64,000 nucleotides of DNA from Lama guanicoe (taxonomy: Eukaryota): the NCBI GenBank assembly GCA_013239625.1, contig MU056000.1, positions 11,979,175 to 12,043,174 on the forward strand. Direction: 5' to 3'. The translations under genes were made by a program, and so were the position numbers. The notes below the pieces were generated by a model, which worked only from the letters and a program-made list of their open reading frames with translations, made no database searches and was not told the DNA's origin. Below, piece after piece: positions 26,311 through 38,572 of the stretch (the stretch's first letter is position 1; the number at the start of each line of letters is the position of its first letter).

Positions 26311-29011
26311 TTTTTTTAAACATTTTTATTGATTTATAATCATTTTACAATGTTGTGTCAAATTCCAGTGTTCAGCACAATTTTTCAGTCATTCATGGAC
26401 ATATACACACTCATTGTCACATTTTTTTCTCTGTGAGTTATCATAACATTTTGTGTATATTTCCCTGTGCTATACAGTGTAATCTTGTTTATCTATTCTA
26501 CAATTTTGAAATCCCAGTCTATCCCTTCCCACCCTCTACCCCCCTGGTAACCACAAGTCTGTATTCTCTGTCCATGAGTCTTTAGATTCCACATATGAGC
26601 GATCTCATATGGTATTTTTCTTTCTCTTTCTGGCTTACTTCACTTAGAATGACATTCTCTAGGAGCATCCATGTTGCTGCAAATGGCGTTATGTTGTCGG
26701 TTTTTATGGCTGAGTAGTATTCCATTGTATAAATATACCACCTCTTCTTTATCCAGTCACCTATTGATGGACATTTAGGCTGTTTCCATGTTTTGGCTAT
26801 TGTAAATAGTGCTGCTATGAACATTGGAGTGCAGGTGTCATCCTGAAGTAGATTTCCTTCTGGATACAAGCCCAGGAGTGGGATTCCTGGGTCATATGGT
26901 AAGTCTATTCCTAGTCTTTTGAGGAATCTCCACACTGTTTTCCATAGTGGCTGCACCAAACTGCATTCCCACCAGCAGTGTAGGAGGGTTCCCCTTTCTC
27001 CACAGCCTCTCCAGCATTTGTCATTTTTGGATTTTTGAATGACGGCCATTCTGACTGGTGTGAGGTGATACCTCATTGTAGTTTTGATTTGCATTTCTCT
27101 GATAATTAGTGATATTGAGCATTTTTTCATGTGCTTTTTGATCATTTGTATGTCTTCCTTGGAGAATTGCTTGTTTAGGTCTTCTGCCCATTTTTGGATT
27201 GGGTTGTTTATTTTTTTCTTATTGAGTCGTATGAGCTGCTTATATATTTTGGAGATCAAGCCTTTGTCGGTTTCACTTGCAAAAATTTTCTCCCATTCCG
27301 TAGGTTTTCTTCTTGTTTTATTTCTGGTTTCCTTTGCTCTGCAGAAGCTTGTAAGTTTCATTAGGTCCCATTTGTTTATTCTTGCTTTTATTTCTTCTAG
27401 GAGAAAATTTTTGAAATGTATGTCAGATAATGTTTTGCCTATGTTTTCCTCTAGGAGGTTTATTGTATCTTGTCTTATGTTTAAGTCTTTAATCCATTTT
27501 GAGTTGATTTTTGTATATGGTGTAAGGGTGTGTTCTAGCTTCATTGTTTTACATGCTGCTGTCCAGTTTTCCCAACACCATTTGCTGAAGAGACTGTCTT
27601 TATTCCATTGTATATTCTTGCCTCCTTTGTCGAAGATGAGTTGACCAAAAGTTTGTGGGTTCATTTCTGGGCTCTCTATTCTGTTCCATTGGTCTATATG
27701 TCTGTTTTGGTACCAATACCATGCTGTCTTGATGACTGTAGCTCTATAGTATTGTCTGAAGTCTGGGAGAGTTATTCCTCCAGCCTCTTTCTTTCTCTTC
27801 AGTAATGCTTTAGCAATTCTAGGTCTTTGATGGTTCCATATAAATTTTATTATGATTTGTTCTAGTTCTGTGAAATATGTCCTGGGTAATTGGATAGGGA
27901 TTGCATTAAATCTGTAGATTGCCTTGGGCAGTGTGACCATTTTAACAATATTGATTCTTCCAATCCAAGAGCATGGAATATCTTTCCATTTTTTAAAGTC
28001 TTCTTTAATTTCCTTCATCAATGGTTTATAGTTTTCTGTGTATAATTCTTTCACCTCCTTGGTTAGATTTATTCCCAGATATTTTATTACTTTGGGTGCT
28101 ATTTTAAAGGGGATTGTTTCTTTACTTTCTTTTTCTGTTGATTTATCGTTAGTGTAAAGAAATGCAACTGATTTTTGAACATTAATTTTGTAACCTGCTA
28201 CCTTGCTGAATTCTTCGATCAGCTCTAGTAGCTTTTTTGTGGACCTTTTAGGGTTTTCTATATATAGTAACATGTCGTCAGCATATAATGACACTTTTAC
28301 CTCTTCTTTTCCAATTTGGATCCCTTTTATTTCTTTCTCTTGCCTGATTGCTGTGGCTAGGACTTCCAGGACTATATTGAATAGGAGTGGTGATAGTGGG
28401 CATCCTTGTCTTGTCCCAGATTTTAGTGGGAAGCTTTTGAGTTTTTCACCGTTGAGAACTATGCTGGCTATAGGTTTGTCATATATAGCTTTTATTATGT
28501 TGAGATATGTTCCCTCTATACCCACTTTGGCGAGAGTTTTTATCATAAATGGGTGTTGAATTTTATCAAATGCTTTTTCTGCATCGATTGAGATGATCAT
28601 GTGGTTTTTGTCCTTTCTCTTGTTGATGTGATGTATTACATTGATTGATTTGCGTATGTTGAACCAGCCTTGTGTCCCTGGGATGAACCCCACTTGGTCA
28701 TGATGTATAATCTTTTTTATGTGTTGTTGGATTCTATTTGCTAAAATTTTGGTGAGGATTTTGGCGTCTATGTTCATCAGTGATATTGGCCTATAATTCT
28801 CTTTTTTTGTAGTGTCTTTGCCTGGTTTTGGTATCAGGGTGATGGTGGCTTCATAGAATGAGTTTGGGAGTATTCCCTCCTTTTCAATCGTCTGGAAGAG
28901 TTTGAGAAGGACTGGTATGAGTTCTTCTTTGTATGTTTGGTAGAATTCCCCGGTGAAGCCATCCGGTCCTGGACTTTTATTTGTAGGGAGGTTTTTAATT
29001 GCTATTTCTAT
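26311..29011 (-). mobile_element. Young 5'-truncated LINE-1 (about 2.7 kb) with perfect target-site duplication
   Basis: Identical 17-mer tggaaattcatattctt at 26294-26310 and 29012-29028. Short poly(A) (T-run 26311-26317) and AATAAA at 26325-26330 on the minus strand. Target site reads TT|AAGA on the minus strand, like the L1 endonuclease consensus. ORF2 frame is uninterrupted. Confidence 0.97.
26582..28777 (-). CDS. LINE-1 ORF2p C-terminal part (reverse transcriptase plus CCHC zinc knuckle); partial, no endonuclease
   Basis: 731-aa ORF with [22 protein letters not shown] and CWRGC...HCWWEC motifs. The same frame stays open for 78 more codons upstream to the truncation point at 29011 ([25 protein letters not shown]...ENYRPISL). 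Expression not shown. Confidence 0.9.
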   Translation of the reverse strand: MNIDAKILTKILANRIQQHIKKIIHHDQVGFIPGTQGWFNIRKSINVIHHINKRKDKNHMIISIDAEKAFDKIQHPFMIKTLAKVGIEGTYLNIIKAIYDKPIASIVLNGEKLKSFPLKSGTRQGCPLSPLLFNIVLEVLATAIRQEKEIKGIQIGKEEVKVSLYADDMLLYIENPKRSTKKLLELIEEFSKVAGYKINVQKSVAFLYTNDKSTEKESKETIPFKIAPKVIKYLGINLTKEVKELYTENYKPLMKEIKEDFKKWKDIPCSWIGRINIVKMVTLPKAIYRFNAIPIQLPRTYFTELEQIIIKFIWNHQRPRIAKALLKRKKEAGGITLPDFRQYYRATVIKTAWYWYQNRHIDQWNRIESPEMNPQTFGQLIFDKGGKNIQWNKDSLFSKWCWENWTAACKTMKLEHTLTPYTKINSKWIKDLNIRQDTINLLEENIGKTLSDIHFKNFLLEEIKARINKWDLMKLTSFCRAKETRNKTRRKPTEWEKIFASETDKGLISKIYKQLIRLNKKKINNPIQKWAEDLNKQFSKEDIQMIKKHMKKCSISLIIREMQIKTTMRYHLTPVRMAVIQKSKNDKCWRGCGERGTLLHCWWECSLVQPLWKTVWRFLKRLGIDLPYDPGIPLLGLYPEGNLLQDDTCTPMFIAALFTIAKTWKQPKCPSIGDWIKKRWYIYTMEYYSAIKTDNITPFAATWMLLENVILSEVSQKEKEKYHMRSLICGI

Positions 29012-30691
29012 TGGAAATTCATATTCTTAATAAAGAAACATTCAACATTTGAAAAGAGGTGTGCGGTTAGAAGCAACACGTTACTTCAAAGATGCTTTTA
29101 TAGTTTAACTGAGATAATATTATAACAAGTGATTGGAAAATAGGAATAAAATAGGGTGCGGATTCACTATACATAAAAATTAAGATCATATTAACCAACG
29201 TGTACAAAATAAATTTGGTGGCCTTCTTCAAGGATCCATCCCTTTCTTTTTTCTTACTGTGTCTTAAAATGACTGTTTCTATGAGCAAAACAGAATCAAT
29301 CTAAATATAACCATGGACGGCCTCCCCTCAAGGCATAATGTACCAATGAAACCTTTTCCTGATGATGTAATACAGCTATTTTCAGTCTGGTGCCCATGAC
29401 TCTCTCTTTTCATGTAGAGCAAATGGCAACAGAATCTCTTCAGAATGACTGAAAAGGTGAACTGACAGCTTCAGCTCTGCCTGGCAATGTCAGCTCTTAT
29501 CTGAACTATCTCTCTGATGTTTGAGAACCACACCCCTTGTTCCAACACCAAGGGGAATGCAGTAAAATCTGGACAGACTATGTGGTGCTGTGCTAGCTGC
29601 CCAGCAGGTGCCTGACACACAGCAGGTGTTTACTAAATGTTGGAAGAATGGAGCCACTGGCTCAAGCGCAGGACCCACCGGGGCCGGTGGCCCCAGAGTT
29701 TAAGCAGGGATACAAAACAGCAGCTCTGTGACAGCCCTAGAGGGTGACCATGGAAACCGTCACCTCCCCTGCTCTAGTCACCACCCAGAAGGCTGACATT
29801 TGTCAAGTGTTCCATCCCTTTACAAATAGCACAAGAAGTTCAAGTGAAGTATTTCAGAGTCAGGCCGAAGAGGGCAGATATTTTATGGAGGGAAAGCACA
29901 GAGGGCTAAGAACTCCCAAACAGGAGACGGGAGAACTGGTTTCCGTCACGCAGAAGGAACGTTTCTCATACATTCCACACCTGCTTTCCACCACCCTCTT
30001 GCAGAGCCCAGCACACAGCTGGCTCTCTGTTAACGTCTGCTGAATAACCATGAGTGTGTTACCAACAATGGGCACTTAATTTATGATCCTGAAACAATAA
30101 CTCTCGTTTCAGCTGCATTCGTTTGGCTACAGAACGAGATGGATGGTTTCGCCAAACGACTTAACTGGGTCTTCCAAGTTCCCCGTTCAACGTGTACAAT
30201 GAGCCCCTCCCATAAATATGAAGGTCTACCATATGTTCAGTTCTGTAACAGCAGGTTTTACAAAGCCTTTTAGCTCTGATTACATGAAGACACAAATGTG
30301 GCATCAACATCATGTCGAACTTCCCAATAATTTCACATCCTGAAATTTCTGCTGGGTAAAATTGTTCTGGTTTTGAAAGGCAGGAGAATGGGAAGGTGTT
30401 AAGTAAATGCCTTAAAATTTATGTTGGATAAAACTAATAATTATGGCCCAAAATTCAAGAAGCACTTAAAAGATATTGAGGGTTAGGAAAAGATAAAGTA
30501 GCCATTTTCAAAAATAAATAGGGAGACTGGACTTTTAGGCTTATATCCCATAATTGAAAAATATGCACACACATCAAAAAATACTCTGAACATAGACATA
30601 GAATAAAGATCAATATAATTGTATGAAAAGTAGTCTGACCTACTAAAAAATTTAATGGCAGATTAAGTTATGAGACCCAATTCTTCACTCC

Positions 30692-31065
30692 CTGTGGTAG
30701 TGTTAGTTGTCCACACCCTTGCCATGGCCCATGGTGACCAGATGTATTCCTCCCTTCTTGGCTTTGGGGCCTCCTTTGGCCAACTGTGTATTAACAGGCA
30801 GAAACCTGGAATGTGCCTGAATGATTGGTGTTTCTCCAGCCTTAGTCCATGAAAACAACATGCCTTAGATTATCTCTGGTCCAACGAGGCCAACAGACTG
30901 ATGAACAGGTCTGGATGCACCCAAAACTTGGAGCAATGTCCAGCCCAAACCAGATGAACCCCAGACAACCTACAGACACATGAGTGAGAAATAAATGCTG
31001 GCTGTGTGCCACTGAGATTTTTTTTTTATGCATGTTTGTTACACAGCAATTCCTGACTGTGATCA
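30692..31065 (+). mobile_element. MaLR solo LTR (MLT1I/J-like)
   Basis: Starts tgtggtag and ends gagaaataaatgc...gccactgagatttt...gtttgttacacagcaat. Confidence 0.7.
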
Positions 31066-33299
31066 ATCCTTACATAATAAAGAGAAAAGTGGGGCAAATT
31101 AGGGAACCATATGCATTCATCATCAATCCTGTTTGTTTGGTTTCACAGGAACCGCTGATTAAGAAAAATGTGACAGGATCTGGAGAACACTGTATTACAG
31201 CCTCTTTGACCAAAAGTATTTTATATAGATCCACTTTTCTATTTTGTCTGGATTCTCTCCTCCTGTAACATGAAGGAGGAGCCAGGATCTGTCAGACTTC
31301 AGGGCTGATCAGTTAACAGCTCTGGGGTGATACTGACTTGATGTTAGGTGACCTGCCAGATGAAAACTCCTCCCCTCGGTCCCCACCACAAAACCAGACC
31401 CAATCAAGTGACTATAAAGTTATCTACCAAAAGCATCAAAATATAAATGATGGAAGGCAGTGTGCGACTGAAAACGGCTTAGCCTCCTCTGGTCCACACT
31501 GAAGTATCCACCACATCCCCTGAAATAACTCCTGCAATTCAGGAGTCCCAGAGCTCAACAGTAACAGGCAGGAGAGGGTGTCCAAAAAGAAGAAAGTGTT
31601 TCTTTCTTGTATGTAAGAGGGTCATGAGACGCTAGAACTATTTAACCGAAAGGCCTAGCAAATAATCCCTTCTCCAGGAATCTGAGTGCCGGACAGATTA
31701 CCTCTATGATTCTGTTTCACTAAGCTCGTTCTCAGAGGCTTGGATTACCTGTAGCTTCATCCTAACTCTGTCGTTCTGCATTCTTTAGGAATTTGATCAA
31801 CCAAATAATTCCCTTTTCTTACCCTCATTATTAAATCCAAAAGGGCGAAACGAGGGAGACAAGCAGGAGGAGAACCTGAAGCCAAGAGGTCACGCAGTCT
31901 AGGTAATGAGCTCAGGCAACATCCAGCCTCATCCACTTCTCACTGTCCCCCTCCTGCTTCTCGAATCACTTCCTTAGCAGAGGAAAGCTTTTTTCTACTC
32001 TAGAAATCAGCCAGCAGTATCAGGAGGGAAAGATTTTAGCCAACTACCTTCCTGCTACTGATTAAATTATCAGCCCCATATTCTAAACAGCAGGAGAAAA
32101 TTCATCTGTTGGAAGCCTTATATTATTTCGCTGCTGGAGGACTTTCAGGCCTTGAAGAAGGAACAACGACACATTTCCAAGTCATCTCTAACTTTGCAGG
32201 TGCCCTACACAAAGAGCACAAATTCTTGAACCAGGGTCACTTCTCCCCTTCCATTAGGGAAGGAGAAACGCAATCACCTATGTATTCATTGAACAGCTCA
32301 CACATGGGCAAGATCGTGGAGAAGGACAGTCTTTCCTCTTCCAGTTTACTGAGGACCTAGATTGGATGGTCCTGTTTTGACCCCAAATCAATTTCAGATC
32401 CATTTCTCAATTTAAAAATACAAACTTCTTCTTCATTTAAAGATCCTCTCAATTACTGAGTTTTCATTACATATTCCAAGCATGGTGCATCCATTAAAAG
32501 CCCTTTAAAGGAAGATGATTTCATGCCAACTTAGCCCCAGGAAAACGCACAATTTATTCAAAATAAACATCCATTTCTGACTTGGGAATATTTAGCTTGA
32601 TAAGCTTTGGAGTTCAGTTCGTTTTCTTTCCAGCGCAGATGACTCCTGAGTCATGACTGAAAATATCACTCGTTCTAATAAAGGCAAAAACTGATCAAAA
32701 AAAAAAACCCACAAACATCAAGGAAAAGATCCTTTAAAATGTGTTTTCAGTGGAAGTAAAAATACTATTCAAAAGCTAAAAGTGGGACTTTAAGAGAAAA
32801 TACTGAAAGCACTCCTTGTGCTTTAAATGACATTAGAAGGCTCTGAAAGTTATAGTTTAAAAATACTCTCCAAGAACACAAGCCAAATGACTGCAGGATT
32901 ATAAGTTCTCTCTCCCAGTTGTTCAGGTATTAAAAACAGGCACAAGTAAGAATAGCCTTCAGAAAAATGAACACAGCACAGGAGTGATGCAATCTCCCCC
33001 AGGACGGGTACACCACCATGGACTTTTTCCTCCTTTTATGAAATAGCTCTAAATAATGTTGTTTCCCTCATTCCCCCCCTTCCTGCATACTCCTTCCTCT
33101 CTAAAAAAAATTTAAAAGGAAACATGATGACTAAAATGACATGTGAAGGGACATTCTGGGGTTCCTCCTTTAGAAGCAATGCTCTTGCTGCTGGAGGCGC
33201 TGAGGCTGCCTAGAATCCAGCCTCCCCAGCAGGCATTCCAGCACTTGCTGAGTTATCTCACACTATCTTTAATTTTCCAGGAGAGATTTATGGATGATA

Positions 33300-34108
33300 A
33301 GCAAAGCCAGTCACCTGCCTGGGTCCGCCTCTCCCCCAGACATCATCCTGCCCCCTAGAGACAGCCTAGACTCTCCTTGCAAGTTCTACACAGCAACCAA
33401 GCAGCACGGACCACGCGGTACCGCCCTGTCACGGGCCTCTTCCCCTCCTCTCTACATACTGAGCAGGACCCTGCAGGGCCTTCCCAGGATGGACCCCTCC
33501 CCACATTCTCCGCTGTAGCTCCTCTCTGAAGTACTCAGATAACAGGATCTCATGTATGTTTCCTGAGTTTTTCAGATGCTAAAAACCACCACCAAAGGGA
33601 AGAAATTAACTACTTGATGATCAAGAGCCCGTGGCCAACGGACCTTCTGGCGCCTGGGGGTTGACAGTGTTGACCGCCCTGTTCCCTCCACATCAACCAG
33701 TCAGAGAACTGTGCACACAAGAGCTGATCACATTACCTGCGACCCCTCTCCCTCACCTGGACTTAAAATATGCTTTTCTGGGAAGAGGGGGCCGTAGTAG
33801 CTCAGTGGTAGAGTACATGTCTAGCATGCACGAGGTCCTGGGTTCAATCCCCAGTACCTCCATTTAAAAAAATAAGTAAATAAATAAACAAACCTAATTA
33901 TCTCCTCCCTTCAAAAAATAAATAATATAAAAATTTTAAATATATGGTTTTCTGAAGCCCTTGGGGGAGTTTGGGGTTTTCCTGGGCATGAACCACCCCA
34001 TCCTCTTTGCTCAACCCGGCAATAAACCTTTCTCTGCTCCCATCTCCGACATTTTCAGTTTGTTTGGCCTCACAGTGCAACAGGCAAACAAAATTACATT
34101 CAGTAACA
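33300..34108 (+). mobile_element. ERV1-class LTR split by a SINE (5' boundary uncertain)
   Basis: U3-like body with tcaaccagtcagag, then a TTAAAA TATA-like motif, later aataaacc, and a ...cagtaaca terminus at 34108. Confidence 0.7.
33781..33938 (+). mobile_element. tRNA-Ala-derived SINE (Vic-1 type) nested in an ERV LTR
   Basis: tagctcagtggtagag...gggttcaatccccagtacctcca, with an A-rich tail containing aaacctaattatctcc. TSD aaaatatgcttttctg (33765-33780) and aatatatggttttctg (33939-33954). Confidence 0.92.
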
Positions 34109-34149
34109 TTTATCCTGAAAACAAAACCACACAAGAGAAAAGCGAGCTG

Positions 34150-34610
34150 CTCACTATTTACAACAGCCAAAAAGTGGAAACAATCTAAACGTCCATCAAC
34201 TGATGACTAGACAAGGAAAACTGTCAGATATCCAAACAATGTAATATTATTCAGCCATGAAAAGCAATGAAGTGCTGAAAGGTGCTACAACCAGATGCCC
34301 CTTGAAAACATCACACTAAGTGAAAGAAGCCAGGCACAATAAGGCCACATATTGTATGGTTCCATTTGACTTATATGAAATATTCAGAGCAGGGAAAGCC
34401 CACAGAGACACAGAGCAGATTAGTGGCTGCCAGGAGCTGGGGGAGGGGAGCAGGGGAAGTGATTACAGGATTACAATTATGGGGTTTCCTTTTTGGGCTG
34501 ATGAAACTCATCTGGAACTAGACAGTCACGATGGCAGTACAACATTGTGAAGGTACTGAAAGTCACTTGTGGTAAAGTTTAAATAATGTGTATTTTTCTG
34601 CAATAAAAAA
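34150..34610 (+). mobile_element. L1MB-like 3' fragment
   Basis: acagccaaaaagtggaaacaatctaaacgtccatcaactgatga...ctaagtgaaagaagccag...caataaaaaaaa. Confidence 0.8.
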
Positions 34611-35209
34611 AATTTAAACAACAAGAACAAAAAAACAACCTGCTGCTTTTCCTGGTTCCTGTTTAATTTCTTTTCATTCATTCAGCAGCAATATTTTCTG
34701 ACATGTGGTTCCCACGGCCCACCTCCCTTTACTCAGTCTTCATCTCATCCTTAAGCACCTGAATTGATGTTTTTACTCCAAAAGCCCTCCTCTTCCTCCA
34801 CATAAACAAAAGCATGGACAACTACTTAGAAAGGTCTCTACTAACATTTTAATGCCATGCAGTGACTTTCCAGTGCTCTTAGAACACAGTTTACAGCCTC
34901 CTCCTTGAAACACAGTCTGGCCCTGGCTTCCAAGTGCAGCATCTTCAGGACTCCGCCGGACCACCTTGACCTCGTGTTTCCTTTTCAAGCCCTCTTATTC
35001 CCCCTTGCGGTGAAGCCTCCCCCGAGGCCACCCTGGGCTCCTCAACTTGCCCACCCTGCCCGGCCTCACTCTAAACCTCTTCGTTTCAGGACGCGGTTCT
35101 CTCACATACGTGGGTCAAACTGCATTTCCTTGGCGGATGGAGACGTGAGTTGGCAAACCCACCCTTGACGTTTTCAGACGAAGCTGGTTCCTTCTCAGAA
35201 GGAACACTA

Positions 35210-35650
35210 CGTAAATTTCCTATTGCTGCTATGCGAATTATCAGCTGAGTGGCTTAAAGCCACACAGATTTGTCGTCTTACGGTTCTGGTGATCAGAATC
35301 TAAAATGCGTCTGCGGGGCTGCATTCTTTTCAGAGGCCTTGCAGGAGGATCTGTTTCCTTGGCTCTTCCAACTTCTAGAGGCTGCCTGAGTTCCCTGACT
35401 GGAGGCCCCCAAGCTCCATCTTCAAAGTCAATGGCACCTTCTCTCCTCTCTGACCACCTGCCTCCCTCCCATAAAGACCCTTGTGATCACACAGGCCCAC
35501 CTGGACAACCCAGGATCACCTCCCCACCTGAGAGACGCTTAACTTAACCACATCCGCAAAGTCCCCTCAGCCATGTTACGATCAGAATCGCAGGTCTGGG
35601 CGTTAGGAGGCAGACATCTTTAAGTGGGGGGTGGGGGGATTGTTCGGTCC
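35210..35650 (-). mobile_element. MaLR solo LTR (MLT1A-C-like)
   Basis: tttcctattgctgct...gtggcttaaa...cttacggttctgg...ccaacttctagaggctgcc...cttaaccacatccgcaaagtccc. Confidence 0.78.
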
Positions 35651-36390
35651 ACCACACACACACCCCAAGGTCCCGAGGACTGCTTTGGCCGCCCTTTCTT
35701 TTGTACACATTTCTAACAAGCAGGGAGCTTTGTCCTCAATGTTTCACAGGTCAGTGGTTGATCTAGAAGCAAACAACTCACAAGCAGTCTTCTCTCCACG
35801 CAATCGCAAATTAAGCGATTTTCTGGGATTCAAGACTCAAGGTTATGGAGAACACTGTGGGAGGGAAAAACCCGGGTGCTTCCATTCATTCTCAAGAGAG
35901 GAAAAAGTCCCAAGTCAGCGGCCAGTGAGAGAAGACGACTTGAGAGAGCACAGAATGAAGAACATTCAGAAGATTTCTTAAGACACTGTATAGAAATAAT
36001 CAATAAAATGTGATACACTTAGAACACTACTGAGTTCTTAGAGGCCTCGAACATCAGTGTTTCTAAACTGAGAAGTACAGGTGTCGGTCACTGTTTTGTG
36101 CCCTTTGTCTGTGACCTTCCTCCCCACCAGCCCGTGGGGTTATTCTCCTGTGATGTATCTTAGTCCTTGTTCATTTCTTCATCTCTCCTACATTAAAATG
36201 TGTGTGTAGCCAGGCATATCTGTGTACAGATACAGATGTGACTTTAATTGGATCTTCTCATTGTAACTGGATTGATACTGATGTCTTTGCCCTGCTGAAA
36301 TGTGCACGTACAAGAACACTAGTGCCAGGAGGCTGGGTTTCAATTCTGTAATTTTCAGCATCTCCAAACCGTTCACAGCCCAGCTCCCTC

Positions 36391-36419
36391 ACGCCCTCTA
36401 GTGGCGGCCAGCACTACAT
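36391..36419 (-). promoter_or_regulatory. CTCF binding motif with upstream module
   Basis: Minus strand TGTAGTGCTGGCCGCCACTAGAGGGCGT: core CCACTAGAGGGCG plus an upstream TGTAGT resembling the ZF9-11 motif. Confidence 0.7.
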
Positions 36420-38189
36420 ACAACACTATCAGACGTACAAGGAAATCATTCTAAAATTGCTGTCAGAGTCTTAAATATAGGAGCAGATTTTATAGAAGTT
36501 TTCAAATACACAGTATTCTGGCTAAGAAAACTATTCACTTGGTGTGTTGGAATTTACCCGTTTTCTCCTTGTGATTTTTAGTACCGTCCTACAGTAAACT
36601 CAGAAACTCACAGAAGCAATGGACAGTTTGGTAAAAAGCACCCCAGAGTCCAATGAAAAGAGAGCCTATAAACAAATTACGGTAGATGCACAAGATGGAA
36701 TATTTCACAGAAGCCGAAAAACCTGAATGAACCACAGCTATACACAGCAACATGGATTAATCTTTCGAAAAAGATTTAGTATTTTAGGACAGAAATTCTA
36801 GAAGATTACATAAATATGCCATTTTTTGTAATTATTTTTATTGCCATTTCTTTTTTTTAACATGGCACCATTTTTATAGACCTCAAAAACTTTTTATTTA
36901 GTTACATATGAATTTTTTATTCAATTACATATGAAGAGCACAGATATCAGGACCACGCTCGCTTTCGGCCTGGGGAGGCAGCGCGAGAGGATGAGGAAGA
37001 TCCAACAGCATCAGTCCTGGTTGCGGGAAAGGTTGATGTGTATTTATTTTATTATAGTATCTACAACTTATGTGTATGTTGCATACATTCTTCAATATAT
37101 CAGACATGATCACTGAAAGATAAATGAGGAATATGTGTGCGTAGGTAGGTTGCTAGATTGACAGGGGACAGATGGACAGCTGATAGCTGGAAAGACAGAG
37201 AGACAAGACAGACAGACAGAACCCAGGAGTGAGGTATTCACAGTGTCTTCTCAGGTTCATTCTTGTTTGAATTGTCCAAAAACTATAGCTTGGGGCACAA
37301 GGATCGAGATCTAAACCTTACTCTGGATGATACAAAGAGTTTCTAAAGCTTACTTAAATAAGCTTCCTTGAGGCGTACCCACATCAGGACCCTAGGCCCT
37401 TCACCTGCTGCCGAGCCTCAGAAAGGAAGGATTTAAGAACTTGTATCCCACCCCTCGAACATCACTTGACCTTGGAAATGCATCATTTTAACTGATTACT
37501 TAAAAATACATTAATAATTTTTCTTCACCCCGATCTTACAAGGCTCAGTATCGAGCGACTCTTGGGCTGGTCGGGGCTCCCTTGTAATGTCTCTGACCAG
37601 TTCCTGAGGCTCCTGCCTCTCTTTTGAGCCCTGCTGCTTCTCTGGTCTTGGGCCCTGACCTGTTTCCAAAGCCTCGGCCGGGCTGGTCTCCTCGTAACCA
37701 GAGCCCCATTTCTGGCCAGCAGCCCCCAGGAGCCAGAGCCCTGGCCCTTACGTGGACTGAACACCTGCCACAGTGTGTCACCTCCCACACCACAGTCACA
37801 GGCCTCAGCCCACCTGGTGGGACTCTTTCCCCTTCACTGGGTATCTTTTGTCTCTCTTCATGTTAAAGCCCACTCATGCTTATTACAGACAAACATGCAA
37901 TAAGGATTAAAGCAATCCAGTAAACAAAAGCCACTGTATTCCCCTCACACAGAACTCCCAGGCATGTACCAACATACAACTGTGATGTACGGTGCCTTAC
38001 ACCTCCCCGCACCTACTTTAAATCCACAATTTTTGTGTACAATTAGCAACAAAGGATACATTTTCATACCCCTAAACATTCTCTTACACCACAGTCTTAA
38101 TTAGCTACATAATGTCCATTATTCCAGTCACTACAGTTGCATTAAAAAAAAAAAACTTATTGGTATAAAACAAAAATCACCCTCATCTA

Positions 38190-38572
38190 GAACTCCTGCC
38201 TCGGGGCCTTTGCACTTGCTATTTCCTCTGCCAAGAAGCTCTGCATCCAGACACGATTCACTATCTCACCTCCTTCAAGTCTTTGCTCAAAAACCCTTCT
38301 TCAGTCGGGTCTTTCCTCAGCCCTTTATTACAACTTGACCCTCCCCGCCCACCCTCACACCCTCTGATGCCCTCTCCTGTTTAGTTTCCCTTACACATGG
38401 TTCACCATCTAACATTAGGTATTGTAGTAATTTATTTTCTGGCTCGCTCACTAGAATGTGACCTCCACGAGGACCAAGTTGCTTGTCTGTTGTTGCTTTT
38501 TTTTTCCTTCCATAAATGCCCAGAAATACTGGCAATAAAGGCATTCAATAAATATTTGTTGAAAGGATGACT
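38190..38572 (+). mobile_element. L2 LINE 3' end
   Basis: gggcctttgcacttgct...ctccttcaagtctttgctcaaa...cattcaataaatatttgttgaa. Confidence 0.8.

Noticed and set aside
27084..28559. Plus-strand ORFs of 186, 65 and 118 aa
   Set aside because: They are antisense shadows of L1 ORF2.
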